From positions 1-42,451 of the forward strand of contig DAOWEV010000111.1 in assembly GCA_030638325.1 (NCBI GenBank): a DNA stretch of 42,451 bases, given 5' to 3'. The notes under the pieces were generated by a model, which saw nothing but the letters and a program-made list of their open reading frames with translations, had not been told where the DNA came from and ran no database searches. How positions within the stretch are numbered: the stretch's first letter is position 1; each line of letters starts with the position of its first letter. Positions 9,469 to 19,002 of this stretch are shown in pieces. This DNA comes from Bacteroidales bacterium. GTDB lineage: Bacteria > Bacteroidota > Bacteroidia > Bacteroidales > JAGOPY01. Both the position numbers and the translations under genes were made by a program.

Positions 9469-10626
9469 ATGATTAAATCAGGAGATAATTCTCCAAAAGA
9501 GCATAAGATCAGGGTTGGTATCACTCACGGGGACCTGAACGGGATTGGTTATGAGGTCATTATAAAAACTTTTCTGGATCACAGGATGCTGGAACAGTTC
9601 ACACCCATCATTTATGGGGTATCAAAGGTGGCGTCCTATCACCGGAAGACATTGAAGGCCGGAGAGTTTAATTTCAACCTTGTCAGAAACGCAGGTCTGG
9701 CCAATCCAAAACGGGCGAATATCGTAAATTGTTATTATAATGAAGTTAAGATCGACCTTGGTAAAACCACAGAAATAGCTGGTGAATTGGCATATGCGGC
9801 ACTTGAATATGCAGTCAGGGACATAAAGAGCAACCTTATAGATGTCATCGTTACGGCACCTATAAATAAACAGAATATACAATCAGAAAAATTCAGTTTC
9901 CCGGGTCACTCTGAATATTTTGCCAGGCATTTCGGTATAGAAGACCACCTCATGCTGATGGTATGTGATGAGTTCAGGATTGGTGTAGTTACCGGACATA
10001 TCCCGTTGAAAGACGTCCCGGAAAAACTAAATACCGACCTGATCCAGGGAAAGATCAGAATCATGAATGACTCTCTGGAAAAGGACTTTGCCATCCCGAA
10101 ACCGAAGATAGCAGTACTCGGTCTGAACCCGCATGCAGGCGACGGTGGTTTGCTTGGTTCTGAGGAAGATGAGATCATTATACCTGCCATTGAAAAAGCC
10201 AGGGATATGGGAATGTTGATCTATGGCCCCTATCCTGCCGATGGGTTCTTTGCCGGTGAATCTTTTCATAAGTTCGATGGCATACTGGCTATGTATCACG
10301 ATCAGGGATTGATCCCTTTCAAAGCCATGGCTTTTGACAGGGGCGTGAATTTTACCGCAGGCCTTTCGATAGTCAGAACTTCACCTGCCCATGGAACTGC
10401 CTTTAATATTGCCGGTAAGAATGTAGCTTCGCCTGCATCATTCAGGGAAGCGATCTATCTCGCTGAAACAATATTTAAAAACCGGAAAATGTATGAAGAA
10501 TTGACTGCCAATCCCCTTCCCAATTTCCTGAAAGAGTTTGATAACAGTCAAAATGCTAAAGAAAAAGCAGAAAAAGCAGAAAAAGCAGTTGATGAACCTA
10601 ACCCTGACCAGCCCGAACAGAAATAA
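9469..10626 (+). CDS. pdxA: 4-hydroxythreonine-4-phosphate dehydrogenase
   Basis: Motifs are GITHGDLNGIGYEV, GLNPHAGDGGLLG, HDQGLIPFK and TSPAHGTAFNIAG. I prefer the ATG at 9469 to the TTG at 9448. The low-complexity tail contains EKA x3. Confidence 0.9.
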   Translation: MIKSGDNSPKEHKIRVGITHGDLNGIGYEVIIKTFLDHRMLEQFTPIIYGVSKVASYHRKTLKAGEFNFNLVRNAGLANPKRANIVNCYYNEVKIDLGKTTEIAGELAYAALEYAVRDIKSNLIDVIVTAPINKQNIQSEKFSFPGHSEYFARHFGIEDHLMLMVCDEFRIGVVTGHIPLKDVPEKLNTDLIQGKIRIMNDSLEKDFAIPKPKIAVLGLNPHAGDGGLLGSEEDEIIIPAIEKARDMGMLIYGPYPADGFFAGESFHKFDGILAMYHDQGLIPFKAMAFDRGVNFTAGLSIVRTSPAHGTAFNIAGKNVASPASFREAIYLAETIFKNRKMYEELTANPLPNFLKEFDNSQNAKEKAEKAEKAVDEPNPDQPEQK

Positions 10627-13125
10627 ATGCAACATATTTCCTACCACATATCCGAAATTGCGGAAATAGTAAAAGGAGAACCGGTTTCAGATGAATTAAA
10701 AGATTCCCTGGTCAAAGATATCCTGATCGACAGCCGGAAACTTATTACGCCCGATAGCTGTGTGTTCTTTGCTTTAGTGAGCAAGAGAAATGATGGCCAC
10801 AGGTACATTCAGGAACTTTATGAAAAAGGTATCCGGAATTTCATTATATCTTCTGTACCTGAAAATTCTGAAAAGTATAAAAATACAAATTTTATCCTTG
10901 TAAAAAACACCTTGAATGCCTTGCAGATGCTGGCCAGGGCACATCGTGAGAAATTCGACATCCCGGTGATCGGAATTACCGGCAGCAACGGAAAAACCAT
11001 CGTAAAAGAGTGGCTTTACCAGCTCCTCGGCAAACAGAAAAAGGTAATCAGGAGTCCCAAAAGCTATAATTCACAAATCGGTGTGCCCCTGTCTGTATGG
11101 CAACTTGACAAGAAAAATGAACTGGCCATTTTTGAAGCCGGGATATCCGAGCAAAATGAAATGGATAAGTTGCAGGCCATCATTAAGCCAAACATTGGCA
11201 TATTTACCAATATAGGACAAGCCCATGATGAAAATTTTATAAGCACCAACCAAAAGGTCGGGGAGAAGCTTAAATTATTCACCCGGGTCGATACACTTAT
11301 TTTCTGTCTGGATCATCCCCGTATCCGGGAGGTGATCATCCGCTCGGAGATACTGAAAAGCATCGGGTCTTTTACCTGGAGCAGGGAACAGCAGGATGCA
11401 GACCTTTTCATTCAGGATACATCTGTTGATGATAACAAAACTTCTGTTATCAGGGCACGTTTCATGGACAAGGATATTTCCATAACCATACCGTTCATTG
11501 ATGATGCCTCGGTTGAGAATGCCATACACTGCTGGGCGCTGATGCTTCATCTGGGGTATGACAATGAAAAGATCGCCCCGGGATTTGAAACGCTGTCACC
11601 CATTGCCATGCGACTTGAGCTGAAAGGAGGTATCAACCATTGTACGATCATCAACGATAGTTATAATTCCGACATCAATTCCCTGAGCATAGCCATCGAC
11701 TTCCTGAACCAGCAGGCCGGCCAGAAAAACAAATCCATAATACTGTCGGATATTTTGCAGAGCGGGAGAAATGAGGATGAACTTTACACTACTATTGCAG
11801 ATATCATCCATAAGAAAAATATTCACAGACTGATTGGTATCGGCCCTGCCATCAGCCGCCAGGCTGCGAAATTCGAACTAAAGAAAGAACTATACCAGTC
11901 GACAGAAGAATTTTTAAGGAAATTTTCGTTTTCTCATTTCAGTAACGAAGTGATCTTACTGAAGGGAGCCAGGGTTTTTGAGTTTGAACAGATCAGCAAA
12001 GCCCTGCAACAAAAAACCCATGAAACAGTCCTGGAGATCAACCTGAATGCCCTCATCCATAACCTGAATTATTTTCGTTCGATACTGCGTCCGGAAACAA
12101 AGATCATGGCCATGGTGAAGGCTTTTTCATACGGTAGTGGCAGTTTTGAGATAGCCAATGCATTACAGTTTCACAGGGCAGATTACCTCGCGGTGGCCTA
12201 TGCCGATGAAGGGGTGGAGTTGAGAATGGCCGGTATCCAGCTCCCGATCATGGTCATGAACCCTGATGAACAAAGCTTTGACACCATTTTAAAACATAAC
12301 CTGGAACCTGAAATTTATAATTTCAGGATACTGGGACTGCTTGGAAGATCCATTAAGAAGAACCTTTTACCGCGAAATAAACCTGTGAAGATTCATATCA
12401 AGCTTGATACCGGCATGCACCGCCTGGGATTTTGTGAAGAAGATCTTGATGAACTGGTACGGAGGGTCATGGATAACATGCTCATATATACACAGTCGGT
12501 CTTTTCACACCTCGCAGCCAGTGAAGATCCTTCCCTGGATGAGTTCACTTCCGGGCAGATCAGTAAGTTTGAGACGATGAGCCGGAAGATCATTGCGGGA
12601 ATTGATCACCCGGTATTGAAGCATATTTTGAACTCCGCCGGGATCACGAGATATCCGGAGGCCCAATTCGATATGGTAAGGTTGGGGATTAGCCTGTACG
12701 GTGTTGCCGGAACCCCAGTGGACCAGGGAAAACTTCAGAATGTGAGCACTTTGAAATCCACTGTCTCGCAAATAAAACATATACAGGCAAATGATACAAT
12801 TGGTTATAGCCGGAGTTTCAAAGCGAAAAATGATATGAAGATGGCAGTGGTTCCGATTGGCTATGCAGACGGCCTGAGCAGGAGATTGAGCAATGGAAAG
12901 GGAACGCTTTATATAAAAGGGAAACATGTTCCCATTGTGGGAAATGTCTGTATGGATATGTGCATGATCGACATCACCGGAATGGATGTCCGGGAGGGAG
13001 ATGAGGTGATCATCTTCGGCGATCCCAGCCCGATTGAAAACCTTGCAAAGGCTATTGATACAATACCTTATGAAATTCTCTCAGGAGTATCCGGAAGGGT
13101 GAAAAGAGTGTACTTTCACGAGTAA
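10627..13125 (+). CDS. murF-alr: Bifunctional UDP-N-acetylmuramoyl-tripeptide--D-alanyl-D-alanine ligase / alanine racemase
   Basis: The N-terminal half is a Mur ligase (GITGSNGKT P-loop). The C-terminal half is alanine racemase (AMVKAFSYGSG PLP-lysine motif, GISLYG catalytic Tyr motif). It is a single uninterrupted ORF whose ATG abuts the pdxA TAA. Confidence 0.9.
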   Translation: MQHISYHISEIAEIVKGEPVSDELKDSLVKDILIDSRKLITPDSCVFFALVSKRNDGHRYIQELYEKGIRNFIISSVPENSEKYKNTNFILVKNTLNALQMLARAHREKFDIPVIGITGSNGKTIVKEWLYQLLGKQKKVIRSPKSYNSQIGVPLSVWQLDKKNELAIFEAGISEQNEMDKLQAIIKPNIGIFTNIGQAHDENFISTNQKVGEKLKLFTRVDTLIFCLDHPRIREVIIRSEILKSIGSFTWSREQQDADLFIQDTSVDDNKTSVIRARFMDKDISITIPFIDDASVENAIHCWALMLHLGYDNEKIAPGFETLSPIAMRLELKGGINHCTIINDSYNSDINSLSIAIDFLNQQAGQKNKSIILSDILQSGRNEDELYTTIADIIHKKNIHRLIGIGPAISRQAAKFELKKELYQSTEEFLRKFSFSHFSNEVILLKGARVFEFEQISKALQQKTHETVLEINLNALIHNLNYFRSILRPETKIMAMVKAFSYGSGSFEIANALQFHRADYLAVAYADEGVELRMAGIQLPIMVMNPDEQSFDTILKHNLEPEIYNFRILGLLGRSIKKNLLPRNKPVKIHIKLDTGMHRLGFCEEDLDELVRRVMDNMLIYTQSVFSHLAASEDPSLDEFTSGQISKFETMSRKIIAGIDHPVLKHILNSAGITRYPEAQFDMVRLGISLYGVAGTPVDQGKLQNVSTLKSTVSQIKHIQANDTIGYSRSFKAKNDMKMAVVPIGYADGLSRRLSNGKGTLYIKGKHVPIVGNVCMDMCMIDITGMDVREGDEVIIFGDPSPIENLAKAIDTIPYEILSGVSGRVKRVYFHE

Positions 13126-13166
13126 GTGAGTGTGAAATATCTGTTCAGTCCCATAACTGATAAATT

Positions 13167-13901
13167 ATGAGTATAAACAAATTATCCATTCTCATCCCGG
13201 CTTATAATGAAGCTAAGACCATACATCAAATCCTTGACCGGGTTATTGATATAGACCTGGTCAACGGTATTCAAAAAGAGATCATCATCATTAATGATTG
13301 CTCGAAAGATGACACTCAATTGGTTGTTGAGCAATATATAAGGGAACATCAGGATATAAAAATAAGGCTCATAAACCAGGAGGTAAATCAGGGCAAAGGC
13401 GCGGCATTGCATCGCGGGATAGAAGAGGCTACAGGTGATTATATTATCATCCAGGATGCCGACCTGGAATATGATCCTGAAGAATACAATGATCTTCTGA
13501 AGCCTGTAATCAAAGGTTTTGCTGATGTGGTCTATGGCTCCAGGTTTATGGGCAGTCATCCGCACCGTATCCTGTTCTTCTGGCATTCCATAGGGAATAA
13601 ATTCCTGACTTTCATCTCCAATATGTTTACCAACCTGAACCTGTCGGATATGGAGACCTGCTATAAGCTATTCCGTTCTGATATCATTAAGAAGATCCGT
13701 TTCAAGGAAAAGAGATTCGGGTTTGAGCCGGAGGTTACCGCCAAGATATCCCGTTTTCCGAAGATCCGGATTTATGAAGTCGGGATATCATATTATGGCC
13801 GGACTTATGAAGAGGGAAAAAAGATTGGCGCTTCGGATGGTTTCCGGGCTATCTGGTGTATTCTTAAGTACAATCTCTTCGACCGGAAATACCGGAAGTA
13901 G
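13167..13901 (+). CDS. Glycosyltransferase family 2, soluble Dpm1-like (polyprenyl-phosphate hexosyltransferase-like)
   Basis: Motifs are [22 protein letters not shown] and [12 protein letters not shown] (DxD). No C-terminal hydrophobic helices. Confidence 0.8.
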   Translation: MSINKLSILIPAYNEAKTIHQILDRVIDIDLVNGIQKEIIIINDCSKDDTQLVVEQYIREHQDIKIRLINQEVNQGKGAALHRGIEEATGDYIIIQDADLEYDPEEYNDLLKPVIKGFADVVYGSRFMGSHPHRILFFWHSIGNKFLTFISNMFTNLNLSDMETCYKLFRSDIIKKIRFKEKRFGFEPEVTAKISRFPKIRIYEVGISYYGRTYEEGKKIGASDGFRAIWCILKYNLFDRKYRK

Positions 13902-13912
13902 ATTAAAGGATA

Positions 13913-15238
13913 TTACAGGTCTTTTCTTTTTACACTGAAGGTAATCTTTTTCCAGAATACTTTAAAATTATTAAAAACCGTTCCGACAAACTTCTGGGGA
14001 AGCATTTCAAAGATACGGATAGCAGGTTTCGTCCTGAGGGTTAAAAATACCAGGTTGAGGGTGGTCTCAAATACCTTTCTTTTAAATGTAATGTTATTAG
14101 GAAAAGGCAGGTTGTAATCGGGAGCATATTTTAACCTTCTCATCCTGATAAAAGCACCCCTCTTCTTATTGTCATACATATGAGAGTGCATTTTCACGGC
14201 TTGATCGACCTCAATAGTCTTTAGGTCGATCTCGTTTTCATCAAGCATACAGTCGAGGATGCCGGCCCCTTTTTGGGATCTCGCAACTACAAAAGAGAAA
14301 CCTTTACCTCTCTCTTCATAAACAGGCGCCCAGGCATCTCCCACCGATATATCAGTAAATTCATTTGATGCATCGATACATGCCATGCACCTTTTCATCA
14401 TATGAAAGGGGATCAGGTAGTTGGCATGAAACTTAGGAAGCTGAAAGACTTTACCATTGTTCATTTCCACACGCATATTGCCGGGCCACTCACCATGGCG
14501 AAACCGGATGTCTTTAATATCCTTGTAATTTTTTTCACCATGTGATCTCAGGAAGCTGATGACAGATGAAAAGTGGAGGTTTAACCCGCAAAATGGGGCG
14601 ATGATGTATTTTATGTTTGACACTTCAGGAAATCCTGCAGCCTGCATCTTACGAATGGAATGCACCTGGCACGGGAGCCCCACATAAGCCAGGGAACCAT
14701 TGAATTTTATTATTTCCGGCAAAATATCATTAACAGAACTGATGGTGTATTTGCTTTGTGCTGCTTTTATGACTTCTTCAGGTGTGGTAGCGATAAACGG
14801 TTTATTCATCCATGGCTCTTCTTCAGACATGCCGAGTACCACAGCACCGTCGACCAGCCCTTTATTCATCAACCAGGTCAAAGTGGTGGTGATGACACCG
14901 GCGCTGCCTGCTTTTCTTCGCAGCGTATCATTCTTTGAAAACCCAATGTACAATCCCCTGTATGTGCCAAGATAGGGGTGGTGATGGCCTTTGCCTTCAA
15001 ACAGGAACCGCTCCAGTCCGGGAAAGTCAACATATTCCCCACTGCAGCTTTCCAGGATCTTTTCAGCAAGAACCTGGTCAACATTTTCATGGAGCTGGGG
15101 AAGATACTTGCCTGTCTTGTCAGTAAATTTGATTGCCCCTTCAGACAGGCCAACGCAACTCCCACATCGTGTACAAAGACCGTTGTCAATTACTTTCTGC
15201 AGATTATTTAAAGCTTTGTTCATATTAATGTGCCTCAT
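13913..15238 (-). CDS. FrhB/FdhB-family (coenzyme F420 hydrogenase/dehydrogenase beta subunit-like) FeS flavoprotein
   Basis: There is an N-terminal Cys cluster (CTRCGSCVGLS). Other family-like motifs are GSAGVITTTL..GLVDGAVV, GLPCQVHSIRK and DISVGDAW. An alternative start is the ATG at 15223. Confidence 0.7.
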   Translation of the reverse strand: MRHINMNKALNNLQKVIDNGLCTRCGSCVGLSEGAIKFTDKTGKYLPQLHENVDQVLAEKILESCSGEYVDFPGLERFLFEGKGHHHPYLGTYRGLYIGFSKNDTLRRKAGSAGVITTTLTWLMNKGLVDGAVVLGMSEEEPWMNKPFIATTPEEVIKAAQSKYTISSVNDILPEIIKFNGSLAYVGLPCQVHSIRKMQAAGFPEVSNIKYIIAPFCGLNLHFSSVISFLRSHGEKNYKDIKDIRFRHGEWPGNMRVEMNNGKVFQLPKFHANYLIPFHMMKRCMACIDASNEFTDISVGDAWAPVYEERGKGFSFVVARSQKGAGILDCMLDENEIDLKTIEVDQAVKMHSHMYDNKKRGAFIRMRRLKYAPDYNLPFPNNITFKRKVFETTLNLVFLTLRTKPAIRIFEMLPQKFVGTVFNNFKVFWKKITFSVKRKDL

Positions 15239-15321
15239 ACCTGTTTTGGAATGTTATGAGAAGAAGAGCATGCTAAAAATGCTGGTTAACAGGGGTATAT
15301 GACACCGGCCTTTCACTTAAC

Positions 15322-16983
15322 TTATAACTTGATGGTTCTTTTAAATAATACCTGATCTACCTGCGTTACTGCTTTACGCTCAGCTTCCGGAACGCTTTCA
15401 TCTCCTGGAAGAGCTTCTGTCTCTGTGACGGCAACAGCTTTCGGGATACCTATTAACTCCTCCGGGACAAAAAGCCCGGCACTGGAAACGTGGCGCAACG
15501 AGTAATGGGGAGCTCTGTACAATTTTATGTCAGGTAATTCCGCCCCTTTGAAAACATCCCTCACTTCGATCCTGTCTTCATACAGGGTAATTTTTCTTTC
15601 AAAAGATATTCCTGTCTCTTTATCTCCAAAGATCATTACCTTCTTTAGCCATGGTATCAGCCGGTTTCCAAAGAAATAGCTGGTTGCTCTCAGCACAAAA
15701 TGTTTAAAAGGCGTGGGTTTCATCCAGGAATGAGACGACATCCTGCCTTTGATCAGCATACTGTTATCTGATTCCAGGTCTACTTCATAATACCTGCTTA
15801 ACCAGTGCGTTACTGCAATTTTACCCCCCGGTTGATGAGCCCTCCAGCCAAAATCAACATCTTTGATACCGTTCACGCCGAAAACATTTATTATTCCACC
15901 TTTCCGGGCATTCACATAAAGACTGGTGTTCTCTTTTACATGCTTAATTAGGATTCCCGCTTCTTTAAATAGTATCTTTTTATTACGGCCGGCAGGAAGA
16001 TTGTCGCTGCCATGGCATATTTCATCGAGATAAGGGAGACTGCGGAAGCATGACTGGTAAACGTAATGGCTGATATACCGGTCATCAGTGCGGTTTAAAT
16101 AGTGATCCGGCTTTGTGGTGTTGTTTATAAGCTGTTCAAGGATCATAGATGCTGCCGGGTTATCTTTGGCCATCCTGGTAATACCATAAAACACGATGTA
16201 ATCGGTATTCCTGGAGTTTATCATCACCGGCGTTTCTCCTGAAACCGATATCATAGATGCGATATATTGCACTGCCTTGTTCATGGCCTGCAAAGCCCTT
16301 TGATCTGCAGTTGCTTCATAAATGTCCCAGAGGCAGTCAATGGTCACAGAAAGGTATCCGGTATCCGGTCCGTCATATTCGGGGAACCACCCTTCCGGGG
16401 ACTGGCGTTCATAGAATTCACTGAGCCGTGCTTCCAGCCTGGCTTTATCGACTTTTATACCATCAATTTTACTGCATAGTGTCAATCCGGCGAGGGCGGC
16501 TGCTTCCTGGTTGAGAGCATCTTTCTCGATGTGCTTTGACAACCAGTCACAGGCTTTCTGAACGGCCCTGTAAACTTCTCCTCCGGGTTTTGCAAGATCC
16601 CTGTTTTTCAGGATCAAACCAACGGCGTATAAGCTGAAAGCAGTAGGAGGGAAGCCTTCCTCGAAAGGATAGTACTCATTGAAAGAGCCGCTTCTCAACT
16701 GCTTGGAAGCCCAGAACTTGAGGCTCCCTTCTATCCATGTATCCATCAACGGGTGCCTGTAAAAAGCATTTCCTTCGAGATCATGATCTTTTAAGATGGC
16801 AGGAATAAGCATACCCTGCTGCAGGATCATAGAAGAAAAGTCACGGATCTTATAATGCCAGAAGTTCCTGTCGAAGCTACCGAAAAGAGGAGAGTCCTGG
16901 TCGCGGTTCAGTTGTGATAAAACCCGGGATAGGTTTCTCCTGAGTAAGGCCCAGAGCTTATCTTTCATTGTATCGGCCATCAT
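15322..16983 (-). CDS. Hypothetical cytoplasmic protein, 553 aa (helix-rich N half, strand-rich C half)
   Basis: This is a long ORF with no signal peptide. Its ATG overlaps the upstream stop codon (ATGA). I recognise no catalytic motif. Confidence 0.6.
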   Translation of the reverse strand: MMADTMKDKLWALLRRNLSRVLSQLNRDQDSPLFGSFDRNFWHYKIRDFSSMILQQGMLIPAILKDHDLEGNAFYRHPLMDTWIEGSLKFWASKQLRSGSFNEYYPFEEGFPPTAFSLYAVGLILKNRDLAKPGGEVYRAVQKACDWLSKHIEKDALNQEAAALAGLTLCSKIDGIKVDKARLEARLSEFYERQSPEGWFPEYDGPDTGYLSVTIDCLWDIYEATADQRALQAMNKAVQYIASMISVSGETPVMINSRNTDYIVFYGITRMAKDNPAASMILEQLINNTTKPDHYLNRTDDRYISHYVYQSCFRSLPYLDEICHGSDNLPAGRNKKILFKEAGILIKHVKENTSLYVNARKGGIINVFGVNGIKDVDFGWRAHQPGGKIAVTHWLSRYYEVDLESDNSMLIKGRMSSHSWMKPTPFKHFVLRATSYFFGNRLIPWLKKVMIFGDKETGISFERKITLYEDRIEVRDVFKGAELPDIKLYRAPHYSLRHVSSAGLFVPEELIGIPKAVAVTETEALPGDESVPEAERKAVTQVDQVLFKRTIKL

Positions 16984-17930
16984 GAATTTTTTGTTTGCCT
17001 GATAAAAAATGGCAATCCTGTCAAAGCGGGTATAACGATACGCATCAAAGAAATAATGCCTGCACCGGCCAGTACTTCCAAAGGGGCATACGGACTGAAA
17101 AACCCGATGATTACGGCATCTCTGGTGCCAAGACCGGCCACTGAGACCGGCAACGCTCCTGCCAGCAAAGCAAGACAGCTTCCCGAAAATATATAAAAAA
17201 ACGGAGCTTCAACACCTATCATCGAAAAGATGAAATAAAATTGCAGTACCTGGATGAACCACAATAATATGGTTATTGAAAAATAAACCAGGCTTCTCCT
17301 GTCAATAACACTCAGCATAAAGACTATGCGGTTTGCAAGTGATGTCACATCTTCACGTTTCCCTTTTTTATCATGCCATCTTTTCATCTTTCCTGCTAAC
17401 GACTTCTTAAAGATAAATACCAGGAGCATCAGCACCACAATACCGGTAGTGATATAAAAAATACTGTTAATATTAAAAGGGAATTGAAAATCAATGAGTT
17501 TCAATAAAAACAGTGAAAAAAACAGGATGAAGACAACACCTGCAATATCCAATAGTTTTTCGAACAGGACCATCAGGGCTACGGGTGTTTTAGTGGCGTA
17601 CTTGCGCATCCACGGAAGCCTGACTATTTCACCCAACTTACCGGGTATAATCAGGTTGGCGCTGTAGCTTCCAACTACCTGTTCCATAGAAATAAAAAAT
17701 GGCAGGTTGACCTTCCCCATATCCCGGGTGATGATATTCCAGCGCCAGCTTGCAATAATAAGCTGGATCACAATCAATATGAGGAACATAACAGATGCTC
17801 CGGTTTCGATATGCAAAAAAACCTGGCCGAGTTCTGCGAAATCAATCCTTTTATATATCAGGAAAAGTATCACAAAACTTAAAAGAATCGATACGATCAG
17901 CTTTATCTTCTTTTTGTGGGATTTATCCAT
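16980..17930 (-). CDS. Flippase-like (UPF0104 / lysyl-phosphatidylglycerol synthase TM-region family) membrane protein
   Basis: It has a Lys-rich N-terminus followed by about 8 hydrophobic segments. The early ..ASWRWNII.. motif and overall layout resemble the TIGR00374-type family. Confidence 0.6.
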   Translation of the reverse strand: MDKSHKKKIKLIVSILLSFVILFLIYKRIDFAELGQVFLHIETGASVMFLILIVIQLIIASWRWNIITRDMGKVNLPFFISMEQVVGSYSANLIIPGKLGEIVRLPWMRKYATKTPVALMVLFEKLLDIAGVVFILFFSLFLLKLIDFQFPFNINSIFYITTGIVVLMLLVFIFKKSLAGKMKRWHDKKGKREDVTSLANRIVFMLSVIDRRSLVYFSITILLWFIQVLQFYFIFSMIGVEAPFFYIFSGSCLALLAGALPVSVAGLGTRDAVIIGFFSPYAPLEVLAGAGIISLMRIVIPALTGLPFFIRQTKNS

Positions 17931-17969
17931 ATATATGATTGGGGATCAGATGATGCATTGGCTGAAAGG

Positions 17970-18932
17970 TCAGGTCTTTTTATTTTTACGAGAATTATCA
18001 GCTTCCATTTTCCGCAGGCGATACTGGTTTTCTTCCATGATCTTACGGTTGACAGATATCAGGTCGGCAAGAACACCGAGAAAGATGAAAAAAACGCCGG
18101 TCAATAATAAAATGGATGTCAGGATCAGGCTCGGCAGCCTTGTCCTTTCAGCTCCCATGATCAGGTATATGAGCCATCTCAGGCCCAGTAGAAAACCTGC
18201 TCCCATGGAAATACTTGAAAGGATAAAGAAAAAGTTAAACGGTTTATAGGCTATGAAGATCCTGATGATTGTCAGCAGTGAAAGCTTGATATACCTGGGG
18301 ATACTTTTTACAAGCTTTGATGGGCGCAGGTCATCATTAACCCTTATGGGCACCGAGGCGATGGCCATATTTTTCCTTCCGGCCTGGATTATGGTTTCGA
18401 GCGTATAGGTATAATCGTTAAATACGTTCAATCGCATGGCTGCATCCCTGGAGATGGCCCTGAATCCGCTGGGAGCGTCCGGAATATCTGTATTGCTGGC
18501 CTTGCGTACAACCCAGCTACCCAATTTTTGCATCATCTTCTTCATCAACGAGAAATGCTTGATCTGGCTGATAGGCCTTTCCCCGATCACCAGGTCGGCC
18601 TGACCGGCCAGGATAGGTGCGGTAAGTTTTGGAATATCATCAGCATTGTACTGATCATCGGCGTCGGTATTGACAATTACATCGGCCCCATTATTAATAC
18701 AGGCATCCAGTCCTGCCATGAACACCTTGGCCAGCCCCTGGTTCCTTGTAAAAGAAACAATATGGTCAACACCGTTTTGTTTGGCTATCTCCACCGAATT
18801 ATCCGTACTCCCATCATCAATGATCAACCACTCGACCGTGTCAAATCCTTCAACTTTGCGGGGTAAGGCACTCAGGGCTACGGCAAGCGTTTCAGCCTCG
18901 TTATAACAAGGCATCTGTATAATGAGTTTCAT
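17970..18932 (-). CDS. GtrB/ArnC/DPM-synthase-like GT2 polyprenyl-phosphate glycosyltransferase
   Basis: Motifs are IIQMPCYNE, LIIDDGSTDNS and NTDADDQY (DxD). Two C-terminal TM helices (FFFILSSISMGAGFLLGL and LILTSILLLTGVFFIFLGVLADLI) match GtrB architecture, and the length is 320 aa. Confidence 0.8.
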   Translation of the reverse strand: MKLIIQMPCYNEAETLAVALSALPRKVEGFDTVEWLIIDDGSTDNSVEIAKQNGVDHIVSFTRNQGLAKVFMAGLDACINNGADVIVNTDADDQYNADDIPKLTAPILAGQADLVIGERPISQIKHFSLMKKMMQKLGSWVVRKASNTDIPDAPSGFRAISRDAAMRLNVFNDYTYTLETIIQAGRKNMAIASVPIRVNDDLRPSKLVKSIPRYIKLSLLTIIRIFIAYKPFNFFFILSSISMGAGFLLGLRWLIYLIMGAERTRLPSLILTSILLLTGVFFIFLGVLADLISVNRKIMEENQYRLRKMEADNSRKNKKT

Positions 18933-19002
18933 CTACACTTCTCTTTTCTGTAAATATCCGGAATCATTTTTTATCCTGCAAATATACGGATTATCATTCT
19001 TT

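Noticed and set aside
10627-13125. MurF-Alr fusion as a misassembly or a novel fusion
   Set aside because: The ORF is continuous with both halves complete and in frame, and this bifunctional arrangement is one I recognise as commonly annotated in Bacteroidota.
17707-18249. 180-aa plus-strand ORF spanning the flippase-like/GT2 junction
   Set aside because: It is antisense to two well-supported minus-strand genes and crosses their intergenic spacer. It is a shadow ORF.
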